A stretch of 57,308 nt of DNA from a virus. Lineage: Duplodnaviria > Heunggongvirae > Uroviricota > Caudoviricetes. The DNA is taken from the IMG/VR virus record IMGVR_UViG_2886837984_000001, positions 64,001 through 121,308 of that record. The stretch is one strand, 5' to 3'. The notes beneath the pieces were generated by a model, which made no database searches, was not told where the DNA came from, and saw only the letters and a program-made list of their open reading frames with translations. Made by a program: the position numbers and the translations under genes. Below, piece after piece: positions 46,925-56,077 of the stretch (position 1 is the stretch's first letter; every line of letters starts with the position of its first letter).

Positions 46925-47905
46925 TTAGTTGAACACGTCATCGATATCGTCTGAGTCATCCTTGACGACATAGATCTTCGTGGTCTCTGTGCTGTTGTGT
47001 CCCAACAATGCGCCCGCCGATTCGAGGGATTTGCCCTCGTATACGACGAGGTTTGTCGCCCGGCTCGAGCGGAACAAGTGGGGGTGAACCCGTCGTCCGA
47101 CGATCTCTGTGAACGTGTCCGTACACCAGTCGTTGAACGCCGTGAGACTGAGCGGTTCGACCTTGCCTTTTCGTTTATAGACGAAGACCGCTTCGCAGTC
47201 ATCCTCGCCACGAACCTCGATCCAACGACGGAGGTAATACATCGCCTTGTCGTCGAACTGGAAGACGCGCACCTTGCCCTCTTTGCCTCGGCCTTTGGCA
47301 CGAATCTCGTGGGTGACATAGTAATCCTTCTGGTTGTCCTTCTTGTCACGCGCCTTCGCGTAGGTGACGACCTCTTTTCTGAGCTGGATCGCCTCTGCGC
47401 GACGACACCCCGTCATATAGGTGAACCAGATATAGGCGAGCTTCTGATGCTCCCCGCGACGCTCGAGTTCGTCGGACAGCTTGATGAGCTCGTCCGGCGT
47501 GAGCGGTTCTTTCTTGTGGATCTTGTTCAACGGGACGGCAGGGATGGCGCGCGTATAGATGTTCTTGAATCGCGGATACTCGTCATCATAATAGAGCTCC
47601 ATGTAACCGCATAGTGAGCTCACGGCCGACCGTTTGAACTTGATGGCCGACGAACTGAGTCCTGCGTTGATGAGATAGTTTTGGAACAGAAGGGCGTCCT
47701 TCGGTTTCAGCTTATGTAGTTCACGGTTCGCGCAACGTTCTTTGATGAACCAAAAGAACTGCCGGAGACCGGAACGGTATTGTTTGAGCGTCTGCGGCGA
47801 GAGGTGTTGCTGTTGTTCCAGGAACTCTTCAGCGATGTCGCGGTTGAACTTGACGACCTTCTTCCACATCTCGTCGGTGACGATTGCTAGCGCCATATTT
47901 CTCAC
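46925..47905 (-). CDS. Tyrosine recombinase within the tail operon (SPbeta YomM-like position)
   Basis: MTGCRRAE, KGRGKEGK, HPHLFRSSRAT, LGHNSTETTKIY. Confidence 0.9.
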   Translation of the reverse strand: MRNMALAIVTDEMWKKVVKFNRDIAEEFLEQQQHLSPQTLKQYRSGLRQFFWFIKERCANRELHKLKPKDALLFQNYLINAGLSSSAIKFKRSAVSSLCGYMELYYDDEYPRFKNIYTRAIPAVPLNKIHKKEPLTPDELIKLSDELERRGEHQKLAYIWFTYMTGCRRAEAIQLRKEVVTYAKARDKKDNQKDYYVTHEIRAKGRGKEGKVRVFQFDDKAMYYLRRWIEVRGEDDCEAVFVYKRKGKVEPLSLTAFNDWCTDTFTEIVGRRVHPHLFRSSRATNLVVYEGKSLESAGALLGHNSTETTKIYVVKDDSDDIDDVFN

Positions 47906-47923
47906 TTCCTTGTCGATAGTTTT

Positions 47924-47983
47924 GTTCTAACGTTAGAACAAACAGTTTCTAACATTAGAATATTAAAGTTCTAACATTAGAAC
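47924..47983. repeat. Palindrome array 5 (3 copies) upstream of the recombinase
   Basis: Copies start at 47924 (perfect palindrome GTTCTAACGTTAGAAC), 47946 and 47968. Confidence 0.9.
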
Positions 47984-47984
47984 T

Positions 47985-48506
47985 TTAGAACGGGAGATAA
48001 TCGTCCCGAACCACTTTGTTGTCAGTGTTATTGAGCTTGTTACTGGTGATCGCCTGAGGCATGGTCTTCTGAAGTTGTGCCATGACGGAGGGGGTGAAGG
48101 GGCGGGCGAGTTTGCTTCGTGCGATCTGCGACTTCTTCCACGAGTACCCTTCGCCGGACTCGATGATCGGTAAGAGTCTTACGTTCGACGGTTCGTATGT
48201 ACGGGTGAACTTGTCGTAGTTCTGACCTGTTGCCGAGTTGGTGATTCTGATCGACCCTTTGTGGAAGTCGACGACCTGGCTCTGTTTGTGCGCCAGACCG
48301 TAACTTCCCCCGACGCCCATCCCGTCGAAACGACGGCGGTAGAGGGTCGGGTTGTATCGTTCGTACACGAGCTCTTCGATGTTGTTGACCATCGCCTCGG
48401 TGATAATGTAGCGCCAGGCGTCCCGGTTGATGATGGCGTTATACCAGATCGGTTCGAGCGCCTTGAAGAGCTCCTTGTCCTTCTTGATGAACGTGTGGTT
48501 AGACAT
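47985..48506 (-). CDS. Hypothetical tail-region protein
   Basis: 173-aa ORF coupled to the upstream gene. Confidence 0.65.
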   Translation of the reverse strand: MSNHTFIKKDKELFKALEPIWYNAIINRDAWRYIITEAMVNNIEELVYERYNPTLYRRRFDGMGVGGSYGLAHKQSQVVDFHKGSIRITNSATGQNYDKFTRTYEPSNVRLLPIIESGEGYSWKKSQIARSKLARPFTPSVMAQLQKTMPQAITSNKLNNTDNKVVRDDYLPF

Positions 48507-49011
48507 TTGTCATCAATTTCTTGATCTCATCATTGGCGATCGGCATTTCCTTGAACGCTTTCTCGATGAGTGTTGCGGTGCGCGAGGCGACCGCCAATTG
48601 TTTATATCGGTCGAGCATCCGCTCGTAGATCTTCTCTGTCTCCGTCTGAGGGAACGCCTTGGCGATCTTCTCGTAATAGTCGGTGTCGATCATTTCCTTC
48701 AAGGCCGACAGGACGTCCTCGACCTCCATCTGGTGCATCTTCTCCGGGAACTCCGTCGTCGTGAAATGCTTGATCATGAAGCACATCATGACGTCGTCGA
48801 TGAAGTGGGGGTCTAGCATGTCGTCGAGCTCCAATTCCTGCGCCTTGTTGACGACGGCCAACATCTCACCGAGCATCGTGTCGATCTCCGACGGGCGGAT
48901 CATCTGACGGACGTCGACGTACAGTTCTTCCTCGACGAGCCAGACTCGTTCCGTGACCTTATATAGTTCGTTGAGACCGTTCAAGTCCTTCATACGTAGT
49001 TTCTTAGCCAT
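48499..49011 (-). CDS. Hypothetical protein, possible tail assembly chaperone
   Basis: Acidic helical ORF after the major tail gene. RBS AAAGGTGG before ATG 49011. Confidence 0.6.
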   Translation of the reverse strand: MAKKLRMKDLNGLNELYKVTERVWLVEEELYVDVRQMIRPSEIDTMLGEMLAVVNKAQELELDDMLDPHFIDDVMMCFMIKHFTTTEFPEKMHQMEVEDVLSALKEMIDTDYYEKIAKAFPQTETEKIYERMLDRYKQLAVASRTATLIEKAFKEMPIANDEIKKLMTNV

Positions 49012-49038
49012 TCTTGCGACCACCTTTTTTTCAAAGAG

Positions 49039-49143
49039 ATTCCAATGTTAGAACGTTGTACGGTTCTTCCATCAGTTATGAAAGTTCTAATGTTAGAACA
49101 TTTAATTTCTACAATTAGAACTTTTAGATTCTAATGTTAGAAC
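49039..49143. repeat. Palindrome array 6 (4 copies)
   Basis: Copies start at 49039, 49084, 49106 and 49128. Confidence 0.9.
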
Positions 49144-49157
49144 TTTTATAACGAATA

Positions 49158-49192
49158 GAAAAAGAAAAGAGAGAAGGAAAGTCCTTCTCTCT
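49158..49192 (-). terminator. Intrinsic terminator after the major tail gene
   Basis: AGAGAGAAGG-ACTTT-CCTTCTCTCT + T-rich tail. Confidence 0.85.
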
Positions 49193-49201
49193 GAGGGTGA
49201 A

Positions 49202-50020
49202 TCATTCGTACATTGTGATCTTCATGAGCTCAGTGTTACCTGGCGTCTTGAGTGCGCGGAGCGTGAAGCTGAACGTCTGTGGGTCGCCGTCTGGTGCGAA
49301 AGCGAGCGAGAACGCCGAGTTGAACTTCGCACGTTGGATGTCGATCTGAGCAGGAACTTCGCGCTCTTGCGAACCTTCAACGTTTTTCACGAAGCAGTCG
49401 CCAGTGACGCGGTATGTCTTCGTAGCGAACTTGTCTGAGTCGACAACGATCTGTTCGCCAGAAGTGACTTCTGCGACGTACCATACGCGGACGATGCCGT
49501 CTTTGTCGAGGACTGCGTAAGAGAAGTTGACCGTGTTCGTCACTTCGTCATACGAGAACTCGTCTGCATCTGCGCTCGTGACTGCTGTTGCAGAGTATAC
49601 GAGTGGTGTGACGTCGCCGTCGACAGAGATGAATTCTGCGCCAATTTCAGCAGCAGTTTTCGGTGTGCGCTCAAGTTTGAACGCTGCGACTCCGAGGTCG
49701 ACCTGTTTCGAGAACGCTTTCTGTTCTGCTTTACGGATCTCTCCTGTTTCAGAAGCCGTGAACTTCTTGAGTTCTGCGCCCATACGAGCAGCGAACAATT
49801 CAGGGATGAGCAATGCGTCCGTACATTCGACCGTGATGTCACGTTGTGACTCGAAGATCGTGTAGAGCGCGTTACCACGTCCACCACGAAGGTCGGTCGT
49901 CTCAGCTCCACCTTCTACACTTGCCGACTTCAAAGAGTCGATGATAAATTCCGGGCGCTCTTTCCCGTTTGCGTCCGGTGTCCAAAAAGTTAAATCTACA
50001 ATGTCGCGTAATCCGTACAT
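49202..50020 (-). CDS. Major tail tube protein
   Basis: IDSLKSASVE..AETTDLRGGRGN...R.ITVE.TDAL and GDPQTFSFTL, typical of SPbeta-like tail tubes. Highly biased codon usage. Confidence 0.8.
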   Translation of the reverse strand: MYGLRDIVDLTFWTPDANGKERPEFIIDSLKSASVEGGAETTDLRGGRGNALYTIFESQRDITVECTDALLIPELFAARMGAELKKFTASETGEIRKAEQKAFSKQVDLGVAAFKLERTPKTAAEIGAEFISVDGDVTPLVYSATAVTSADADEFSYDEVTNTVNFSYAVLDKDGIVRVWYVAEVTSGEQIVVDSDKFATKTYRVTGDCFVKNVEGSQEREVPAQIDIQRAKFNSAFSLAFAPDGDPQTFSFTLRALKTPGNTELMKITMYE

Positions 50021-50042
50021 GCGTGTTTCCTCCAGTTAATGT

Positions 50043-50789
50043 TTAGGTTTTATTCTTGCTTTTCTCTCGTTGAGACCAGTGTTCGTTATCCTTGATATCC
50101 GCTCCATGAGCGGCGAACATCATGTTCAACTCGTATACCTCGATCTCGATGAGTTTTGTCAGATGATCTCGAAGCTGAACGATGTTCAGTTCCGACACGT
50201 TTTGATGGTTGACGGAGTGCGACTTGGAACAGATTGCGGACACCATGTCGTAGACGACGGACTCGAAAGACTCTGCGTCCTTCTTGTTCATCTTTGCGCG
50301 TATGGCGTTCGCCTTCTGTTGTTTCATCCAAATCTCTCGTGCTTTATCGCTTGTGAACTCGGGTTCGACTTCCTTCGCGACCGCCCAATCGTTGATCTCC
50401 GTGACCAACGTTCGGATGGCGTCCCATGCCTCGCGAGTGAGAGGTCGTCCGTCGATCAGCAGATAGTCCTCAGACAGAGAGGTCTCCCTGTCGAACGTCG
50501 TGCCGAAGAACGTCTCGAGCATCTTGATACATGCCCCGTAGAGCTCGTTGTTGCTTTGCAGGATGATGAACGGCATGACCGCACTCGCCACCTCTTCCTC
50601 GGGAACGTCTTGTCCTTCGAAGATCTCTTCGGGAGACGAGAGGAAGATGGCGGTGATGCGGTTGAGCTCGCCCGGCTCCAATTGAGCCAATTCTGCGACG
50701 GTCGGCAGGCGAACCATGAACCCGTCATAGTCCGTCGGTTTACCCATCAGGAATCTGAGACGGTCAATATCTCGAACCACGACGACCAA
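50043..50789 (-). CDS. Tail-region protein (possible assembly chaperone)
   Basis: 248-aa ORF in the head-tail/tail cluster. Confidence 0.6.
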   Translation of the reverse strand: MVVVVRDIDRLRFLMGKPTDYDGFMVRLPTVAELAQLEPGELNRITAIFLSSPEEIFEGQDVPEEEVASAVMPFIILQSNNELYGACIKMLETFFGTTFDRETSLSEDYLLIDGRPLTREAWDAIRTLVTEINDWAVAKEVEPEFTSDKAREIWMKQQKANAIRAKMNKKDAESFESVVYDMVSAICSKSHSVNHQNVSELNIVQLRDHLTKLIEIEVYELNMMFAAHGADIKDNEHWSQREKSKNKT

Positions 50790-51315
50790 CCCTTCCGTTG
50801 ATGATCGGAACGGTGTATGTCATGCGATGGCCGATATAGCCAGGGACAGTCCCGAGCGGTTCGCTACCGAGATAGGAGATCTGACCGATACCGATCTTCT
50901 CTGCCGTATCCTTGTCGGTGCGATAAAGTTTGTAGCCTTTCAGGGACGTATGTAGATGATCCATCAGCTTCTCGAGCCGATAGTCGCCTTCCTCGAAACT
51001 GTGATGACAGAAGACGTCGAACATGAGACGCACATCATGAAAATCTGCGTTCTCGTCCGTCGGGAACGTATCCCCGATATAAAAAATGACCCGACCGATT
51101 CGTTCGTCGGTCAGGTCGTCCACATATGGCGTCTTCTTGATATGTTTCTTCACGAGCGACCAATAGTCGTCGGAATCCACATCCACAAGGTTCGGTTTGT
51201 CTGTCGAGAGGGGATCGTCGTAGAACGTTTCCGGCGCATAATGCAATAACCGGAGTAGTGTCTCATCCGAAATCAACTTCTGCTCGATTGCGATCATGGC
51301 GTTCATCGTGTTCAC
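50764..51315 (-). CDS. Tail terminator-like protein
   Basis: Position upstream of the tail tube. FDVFCH...RLEKLMDHL pattern. Confidence 0.55.
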   Translation of the reverse strand: MNTMNAMIAIEQKLISDETLLRLLHYAPETFYDDPLSTDKPNLVDVDSDDYWSLVKKHIKKTPYVDDLTDERIGRVIFYIGDTFPTDENADFHDVRLMFDVFCHHSFEEGDYRLEKLMDHLHTSLKGYKLYRTDKDTAEKIGIGQISYLGSEPLGTVPGYIGHRMTYTVPIINGRVGRRGSRY

Positions 51316-51628
51316 GAATCATCCCCTCCTCTCGTTCGACCAGCCGGTTGATGACCGACAGGCATTTAAAGATCTCAGACTTCACGTCTTCGTGCGAAAT
51401 ATCCATGAATAAAGAGATGTCGTAGAGCGATTCGAGCGTCGAGAGAATACTAAGCACCTCTTGGGTGGATTCCTCTGACTCGATCCGATACAAAAATCCC
51501 TCGATCTCAAGGACGAGGGAGGCGATATAACGGGCAAGCCCGTCATTATTCGTTTCGTAGAGAGGAAGTATTTTGAACACCTTTCCCCTCAAAGACTTGT
51601 AGTAGATGGTTTCGTAAGTGTTGTGCAT
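51263..51628 (-). CDS. Hypothetical protein
   Basis: 121-aa ORF, KVFKILPLYE pattern seen in SPbeta-like phages. Confidence 0.6.
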   Translation of the reverse strand: MHNTYETIYYKSLRGKVFKILPLYETNNDGLARYIASLVLEIEGFLYRIESEESTQEVLSILSTLESLYDISLFMDISHEDVKSEIFKCLSVINRLVEREEGMIREHDERHDRNRAEVDFG

Positions 51629-51642
51629 TGGCCACGTCCTAA

Positions 51643-52344
51643 CTACACGACATCTCGAGCGGCCTCGACGCGAAGTACGCCGTAAGAACCGTTATCGAGT
51701 GTGTTCGTGTGGTCGATGTTTACAATCTTGAATTGTTTCCCGAGGATGGAGATCGCGTCTAGCTCTTTCCATGCTTTTGTCTCGGGACTTAGCTGCACGT
51801 AGAAATAGGCTTTCCCACCCGGTTGGTTGATCGAAGCGCCCGACTCCGTGTCCTCTCCGTCTCTCGACAGAGGTTCGAACGCGAAGCGGATCGCCACTTG
51901 TGTCGTAATGGTCTGATAGACGGGTCTCCCCATCGGATCTTTTTGCCCTGTCGCGACCTTCGTCTCTTTGGCGATGTTCAGACTTTGTGTCTGACGTAGT
52001 CCGTAAGTGCGGTCGTACATGGGTGTCTGGGTCTCGGGTGTCACGATCAGGTAGTGCAAGCCGTCAAAAGACAGCTCGTCACCGACACGAAGATCGCCAC
52101 GGACGCATAAGAACTTGAGTTGATTGGTTTTGTTGGTGGACTGTGCCACCACTTTTAAATCGATTTGCTCTTTTGTCGTCCCATTGTAGCGTGTGATCGT
52201 CGTGTCCCTTGATTCGATCGACTGCTCGATGACCTCGGCCATCGTTCCTTGCAGGTGGTTCGTCGCTTCATCTCTTTCGAGTCCGCTCAATTGACGGTGT
52301 GTTTGTGGGCTCGTAAACCAAGCCTGTTCGTTGACGTCATACAT
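51643..52344 (-). CDS. Head closure/stopper-like protein
   Basis: Position. LRVGDELSF...YLIV beta-barrel-like segments. Confidence 0.55.
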   Translation of the reverse strand: MYDVNEQAWFTSPQTHRQLSGLERDEATNHLQGTMAEVIEQSIESRDTTITRYNGTTKEQIDLKVVAQSTNKTNQLKFLCVRGDLRVGDELSFDGLHYLIVTPETQTPMYDRTYGLRQTQSLNIAKETKVATGQKDPMGRPVYQTITTQVAIRFAFEPLSRDGEDTESGASINQPGGKAYFYVQLSPETKAWKELDAISILGKQFKIVNIDHTNTLDNGSYGVLRVEAARDVV

Positions 52345-52732
52345 CGTAGACTTCCAACTCTCGGTTGTGTAACTTCGAGAAGGTTACTGCGATGTCGTCT
52401 TGCGTGGACTCGTAAGCGGCCTGAAGGACGCGCTTCGTATCTCCCATCGAGTTGAGGGAAATGTCTTTTCCTACGATATTGTTGATCTTGATCGTCCGGT
52501 CTAGCTCACGATGTTGGTATTCCGCGAACATGAGCTTCCCGAGAAGATAGGTCTCTGTGCGACCGATCTCCGTCAAAAATGTTCCATTCGAATCCACGTC
52601 GATTGGATACAACTCTAATTCGAAACGGGCGAGAGCGTTGGTGAACCATTGCTCTCGGATTCCCGGATCTGTCGGTTTATGTGTATCGAAGTGACTATGG
52701 AAGGCTTGGACGACATCTTGATAGGTTGCCAT
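52337..52732 (-). CDS. Head-tail adaptor-like protein
   Basis: Position after the capsid. Helical 131-aa protein. Confidence 0.55.
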   Translation of the reverse strand: MATYQDVVQAFHSHFDTHKPTDPGIREQWFTNALARFELELYPIDVDSNGTFLTEIGRTETYLLGKLMFAEYQHRELDRTIKINNIVGKDISLNSMGDTKRVLQAAYESTQDDIAVTFSKLHNRELEVYDV

Positions 52733-52748
52733 GTCGCATCACCGCCTG

Positions 52749-53249
52749 TTAGTTGATTTTTAGTTCCGTGTATTCCTCGATGAACAAGAGTTTGCTGTGG
52801 TCATTGAGTTTCGTCTTCTTGGCGACCTCGAGAAGTTTCGCCTTCTCCGCTACCGTCACGATCTCTTCTTTCACACGCTTCTCGAAAGCCGCTTGCGTCT
52901 TGAGCGCAAGGATTTTCTTGACGGCGTCTTCTGTTACGATCTTCTGGTTGAGCGGTGGGGCGTCTTCTTCCTCTTCGGGTTTGACGACAGTCGTTGCGTC
53001 ACGCTCGAATTCGAGCGCCACACGAAGTTCTTTGCTGTCGATATAGAGACGGGCGTTTGAACCACGACCGTCCTCACCGATGAAGAATTTGTTGCCCGTG
53101 TCTACCTGAGCTTGAACCTCTTCCACTGAGAGACGGGTTTTCCCGTTCTCTGCGATCTTTACATCCCCATGTCCTTCGAGCCGTTTGAAATAGAGCGGCC
53201 ATGCACACAAGTTTTTCACCAATACTTTGTCTTCGGGTTTCAATGTCAT
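52749..53249 (-). CDS. Hypothetical head-region protein
   Basis: 166-aa ORF directly after the capsid gene. Confidence 0.6.
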   Translation of the reverse strand: MTLKPEDKVLVKNLCAWPLYFKRLEGHGDVKIAENGKTRLSVEEVQAQVDTGNKFFIGEDGRGSNARLYIDSKELRVALEFERDATTVVKPEEEEDAPPLNQKIVTEDAVKKILALKTQAAFEKRVKEEIVTVAEKAKLLEVAKKTKLNDHSKLLFIEEYTELKIN

Positions 53250-53308
53250 AAAAAAATACTTCCTTTCATCCTAAGAGATTTTGTTTTTTGATTTCGTTAG
53301 TTAACGAA

Positions 53309-54397
53309 TCAGAGGTTCGTGTCTTTGATGACGCCGACAGTTTGAACTGCGAACGGGTCGACCAATGCACCGATCTCGAGGTCGTAGCGTGTGATGTTCT
53401 GACCAGTCACGATGTCAATGCCTGAAGCAGAAGCGAGTTCGCCACGACGAACCGTATGGAACGGTACGACGTTGCCGTTCGGTACTGCGAAGAGCAAGTC
53501 TTCTGGAAGGTATGTCTCGAAGTTGTCGCCATCAGCGTTGACTTCAGTAAGGTTGTACGTGTTTGGTACTTCGACGACGTCAGCGCCACGGAAGCCACCG
53601 ACAATACCGTTGCGACGAATTTCTTCGAGCGCAGCGTCCGCGATACGTGCAGTCGCGTCAGTCTTGCCGTCTTGTTTGAATCCGACGAAGTCAGAGATCT
53701 GCGATACCATTGCGTAGTCACCAAGAAGCGATACGCGGCCGAAGCGACGAACTTTCTTGATCAAGTCTTCGAGAGCCGTACCAGTCAAGCCGGCAGTCTC
53801 AGCGTAGTATTTGATGCCTTCGAGTGCTTTGAACTGTTTGTAGAACTCGTCATATACGAAGCCGATCGCTTTGTTTCCGAGGTCGACTTGGATCTGTTGG
53901 ATGTGCTCACCGAGACGGTCGAGGTTGCCTGTTTGGACTTCACGGTAGTTGACGGCGAAACCGGCAGAAATCGTGTGTGTCTGAACGAGCGTATCCTTTT
54001 TCTCCATTGAACCGAACGGCACGTCGCCTGATGCGGCTTGACGGCGCGAACGGACGTCATGTTTGTACGTCTGAACGAGTGCTTGCTCGTCATAACCGAT
54101 TTTCTTGTAGTTCGAGAGTACGCTCAAGAGTTCCAAGCGCTCGAGCAATTTAGGCTGTACCGTCCAACGAACGATCTCGTTGAGTTCGGCTTTCGCGTGG
54201 ATGTCTCCTGCTTGCGACAATTCAGAGAGCTCTTTGATGCGAGCCATCGCTTTGTTAGCGACGTCAGGGTGGAAGCCTTCGAGTGATTGACCTGAGACAG
54301 CGGCAGAGAATACTTCTACGATCTTAGTTTTTTCTTTTTTTGCAAATTTAGACGAGTCGACAAAACCGTTCGTCTCGATAACGTTTGTAAGTTTCAT
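53309..54397 (-). CDS. Major capsid protein
   Basis: 362 aa with strong codon bias. Follows protease and decoration genes. HK97-fold-like layout. Confidence 0.8.
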   Translation of the reverse strand: MKLTNVIETNGFVDSSKFAKKEKTKIVEVFSAAVSGQSLEGFHPDVANKAMARIKELSELSQAGDIHAKAELNEIVRWTVQPKLLERLELLSVLSNYKKIGYDEQALVQTYKHDVRSRRQAASGDVPFGSMEKKDTLVQTHTISAGFAVNYREVQTGNLDRLGEHIQQIQVDLGNKAIGFVYDEFYKQFKALEGIKYYAETAGLTGTALEDLIKKVRRFGRVSLLGDYAMVSQISDFVGFKQDGKTDATARIADAALEEIRRNGIVGGFRGADVVEVPNTYNLTEVNADGDNFETYLPEDLLFAVPNGNVVPFHTVRRGELASASGIDIVTGQNITRYDLEIGALVDPFAVQTVGVIKDTNL

Positions 54398-54425
54398 ATT
54401 ACGAATTTCCTCCTAGTGTAGTGGA

Positions 54426-54887
54426 TTATGCACCGCGAACGATCGCGATAACACCTTTCCCACGGTATGTAGTCAATGCAGTTACTTCGAGGTGAAGGGC
54501 GTGGCCTGTGACGTCAGCCTTCTTCTCCCATTTGCCGTCAAGTCCAGCGACGAGTTTGTCGCCTTTCGCGCGAGCTTCGTCTTTGAGTGCCGCTCCGCCA
54601 AGTTCGATTTCCAAACCTTTGAGTGATGCGACTTCGAATCCACGGACGAATTCGCCCGCTTTGACTTCGACTTCGTTCTTCGCAAAGACGATTTCAGGGT
54701 GAACATCGATGTTTGCGACGAAATGAAGGTCGTTGCCTTGTGCTCCGTCTGCTGTTGGAAGTTTTGCTTCCCCTGCTTGCTTGTCTAGTACGACAGCTTG
54801 ACCTTGAATAAGGTCGACTGCTGCGACGGTAGTCGGGTCGTTTTTAACGGCCTTGAATCCGCCGATCGTTAATGGTTTAAATGCCAT
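54426..54887 (-). CDS. Capsid decoration/cement protein
   Basis: 153-aa Ala/Gly/Val-rich ORF between scaffold and capsid. Confidence 0.65.
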   Translation of the reverse strand: MAFKPLTIGGFKAVKNDPTTVAAVDLIQGQAVVLDKQAGEAKLPTADGAQGNDLHFVANIDVHPEIVFAKNEVEVKAGEFVRGFEVASLKGLEIELGGAALKDEARAKGDKLVAGLDGKWEKKADVTGHALHLEVTALTTYRGKGVIAIVRGA

Positions 54888-54919
54888 GCTGTGTTGCCTC
54901 CTGTGTGATTGAGATTGAA

Positions 54920-56062
54920 TTATGAATAGATATCGACTTCGACGTCATCTTTTTCGTCGTCTTTTTGGTTGAACGACTCGAAGATTTCTGCGCCTTTGTC
55001 CTTGCTGTTCGTTTCGACGGTACGTTTTTCCAAAATGCTCGCGACGATGCCCGAGTTGATCTTGGCGACCGCTTTGTTCATGAGTTCGACAGACGGTGTT
55101 TCGTTGAAGGCGTTGATCTCGACTTCAGCGACCACTTTCTCCGACTCTTCGAAAGCGCCCAGTTTGCTGTTGAACTCAGCTTTGAGTTCTTCGAGTTTCG
55201 CCGCGTCCTCTTTCTCTTTGTAGCTGTTCAACTCTGTGACGATGGCTTCTTTCGAAGTCTCGAGCGTCGAGTTCGTCTCTTTGAGAGACTTGACTTCTTC
55301 TACGAGCGTGTTGACTTCAGCGACTTTTGTTTCAAGGTCTGCGTCAAGCGCTGCTTTGGCCGTATTCATCTCTTCAAGCTTCGCGTTCAATGCGTTGAGC
55401 TCGACGAGACGATCTTCTGCCAATTTTTGCAATTCTTTCAAATCCATTGCGGTAAATGCCCCTTTCTTCTTTGTATTGAGTTCCAACAAGACCGCGCTGT
55501 CATCCGCCGGTGTGACACCGAGGATGGCGTGACCGATATATTCGTAGGTCGTCGGGATACGTCCTTCCGCTTTCCATCCGTCCCGATAGATGATCGCCTG
55601 ATTGTCAGACGTTCTCGAGATTTCGACGGATGATTCGATAGGAGACCCTTCGGTACGTTTTGTATCCATCCAGCTCATGAAGTTTGGATAGCGGTTCGCA
55701 AAAAGATAACCCTCTGCTACGGCCGCCAGAATGGTTTTGCCATTCACATCAACCCGCTCGACATACGCCTTCTCGATCATACCCACGACGGTCGAGTTCT
55801 CGAACTGCAACTCGCCGTTGACGATCTTCTGGCTTCCATGCCCCCACGGGTAGTCTTGGTCGGAATCAAAAAACTCTGCCACGAACGGTTGTCCGACGGC
55901 AGAGCCAATATTTTGTGAGACATATGGCTCGAGCCATGTGATCCCGTTCTTGTTCCATCTCGACTCCGACTCGAACACCTCGTGCAACACGATCTTCGCG
56001 TGGCGGCGTCCGGTCTTCTTGTCGAGATTCGATAATTCTAAGACTTTAAGCATTAATTTCAC
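54920..56062 (-). CDS. Prohead protease/scaffold fusion (SPbeta YonD-like)
   Basis: WNKNGITW, SSVEI, GHAILG...PAD protease-like N-half followed by an acidic coiled-coil C-half. Confidence 0.75.
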   Translation of the reverse strand: MKLMLKVLELSNLDKKTGRRHAKIVLHEVFESESRWNKNGITWLEPYVSQNIGSAVGQPFVAEFFDSDQDYPWGHGSQKIVNGELQFENSTVVGMIEKAYVERVDVNGKTILAAVAEGYLFANRYPNFMSWMDTKRTEGSPIESSVEISRTSDNQAIIYRDGWKAEGRIPTTYEYIGHAILGVTPADDSAVLLELNTKKKGAFTAMDLKELQKLAEDRLVELNALNAKLEEMNTAKAALDADLETKVAEVNTLVEEVKSLKETNSTLETSKEAIVTELNSYKEKEDAAKLEELKAEFNSKLGAFEESEKVVAEVEINAFNETPSVELMNKAVAKINSGIVASILEKRTVETNSKDKGAEIFESFNQKDDEKDDVEVDIYS

Positions 56063-56077
56063 CTCCTCTCAATGTCG

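Noticed and set aside
47924-47983. GAAC...GTTC between adjacent palindromes as LexA (Cheo) boxes
   Set aside because: The Bacillus SOS box is GAAC-N4-GTTC. Here the gap is 6-7 nt and the conserved dyad is centred on TTCTAA-NN-TTAGAA.
21278-49143. 22-bp-period arrays as CRISPR or mini-CRISPR arrays
   Set aside because: Linkers are only about 6 bp, far too short for spacers, and no cas genes are present.
46380-50789. gpG/gpGT-type programmed frameshift in tail chaperones
   Set aside because: I found no convincing X XXY YYZ slippery site joining two frames upstream of the TMP.
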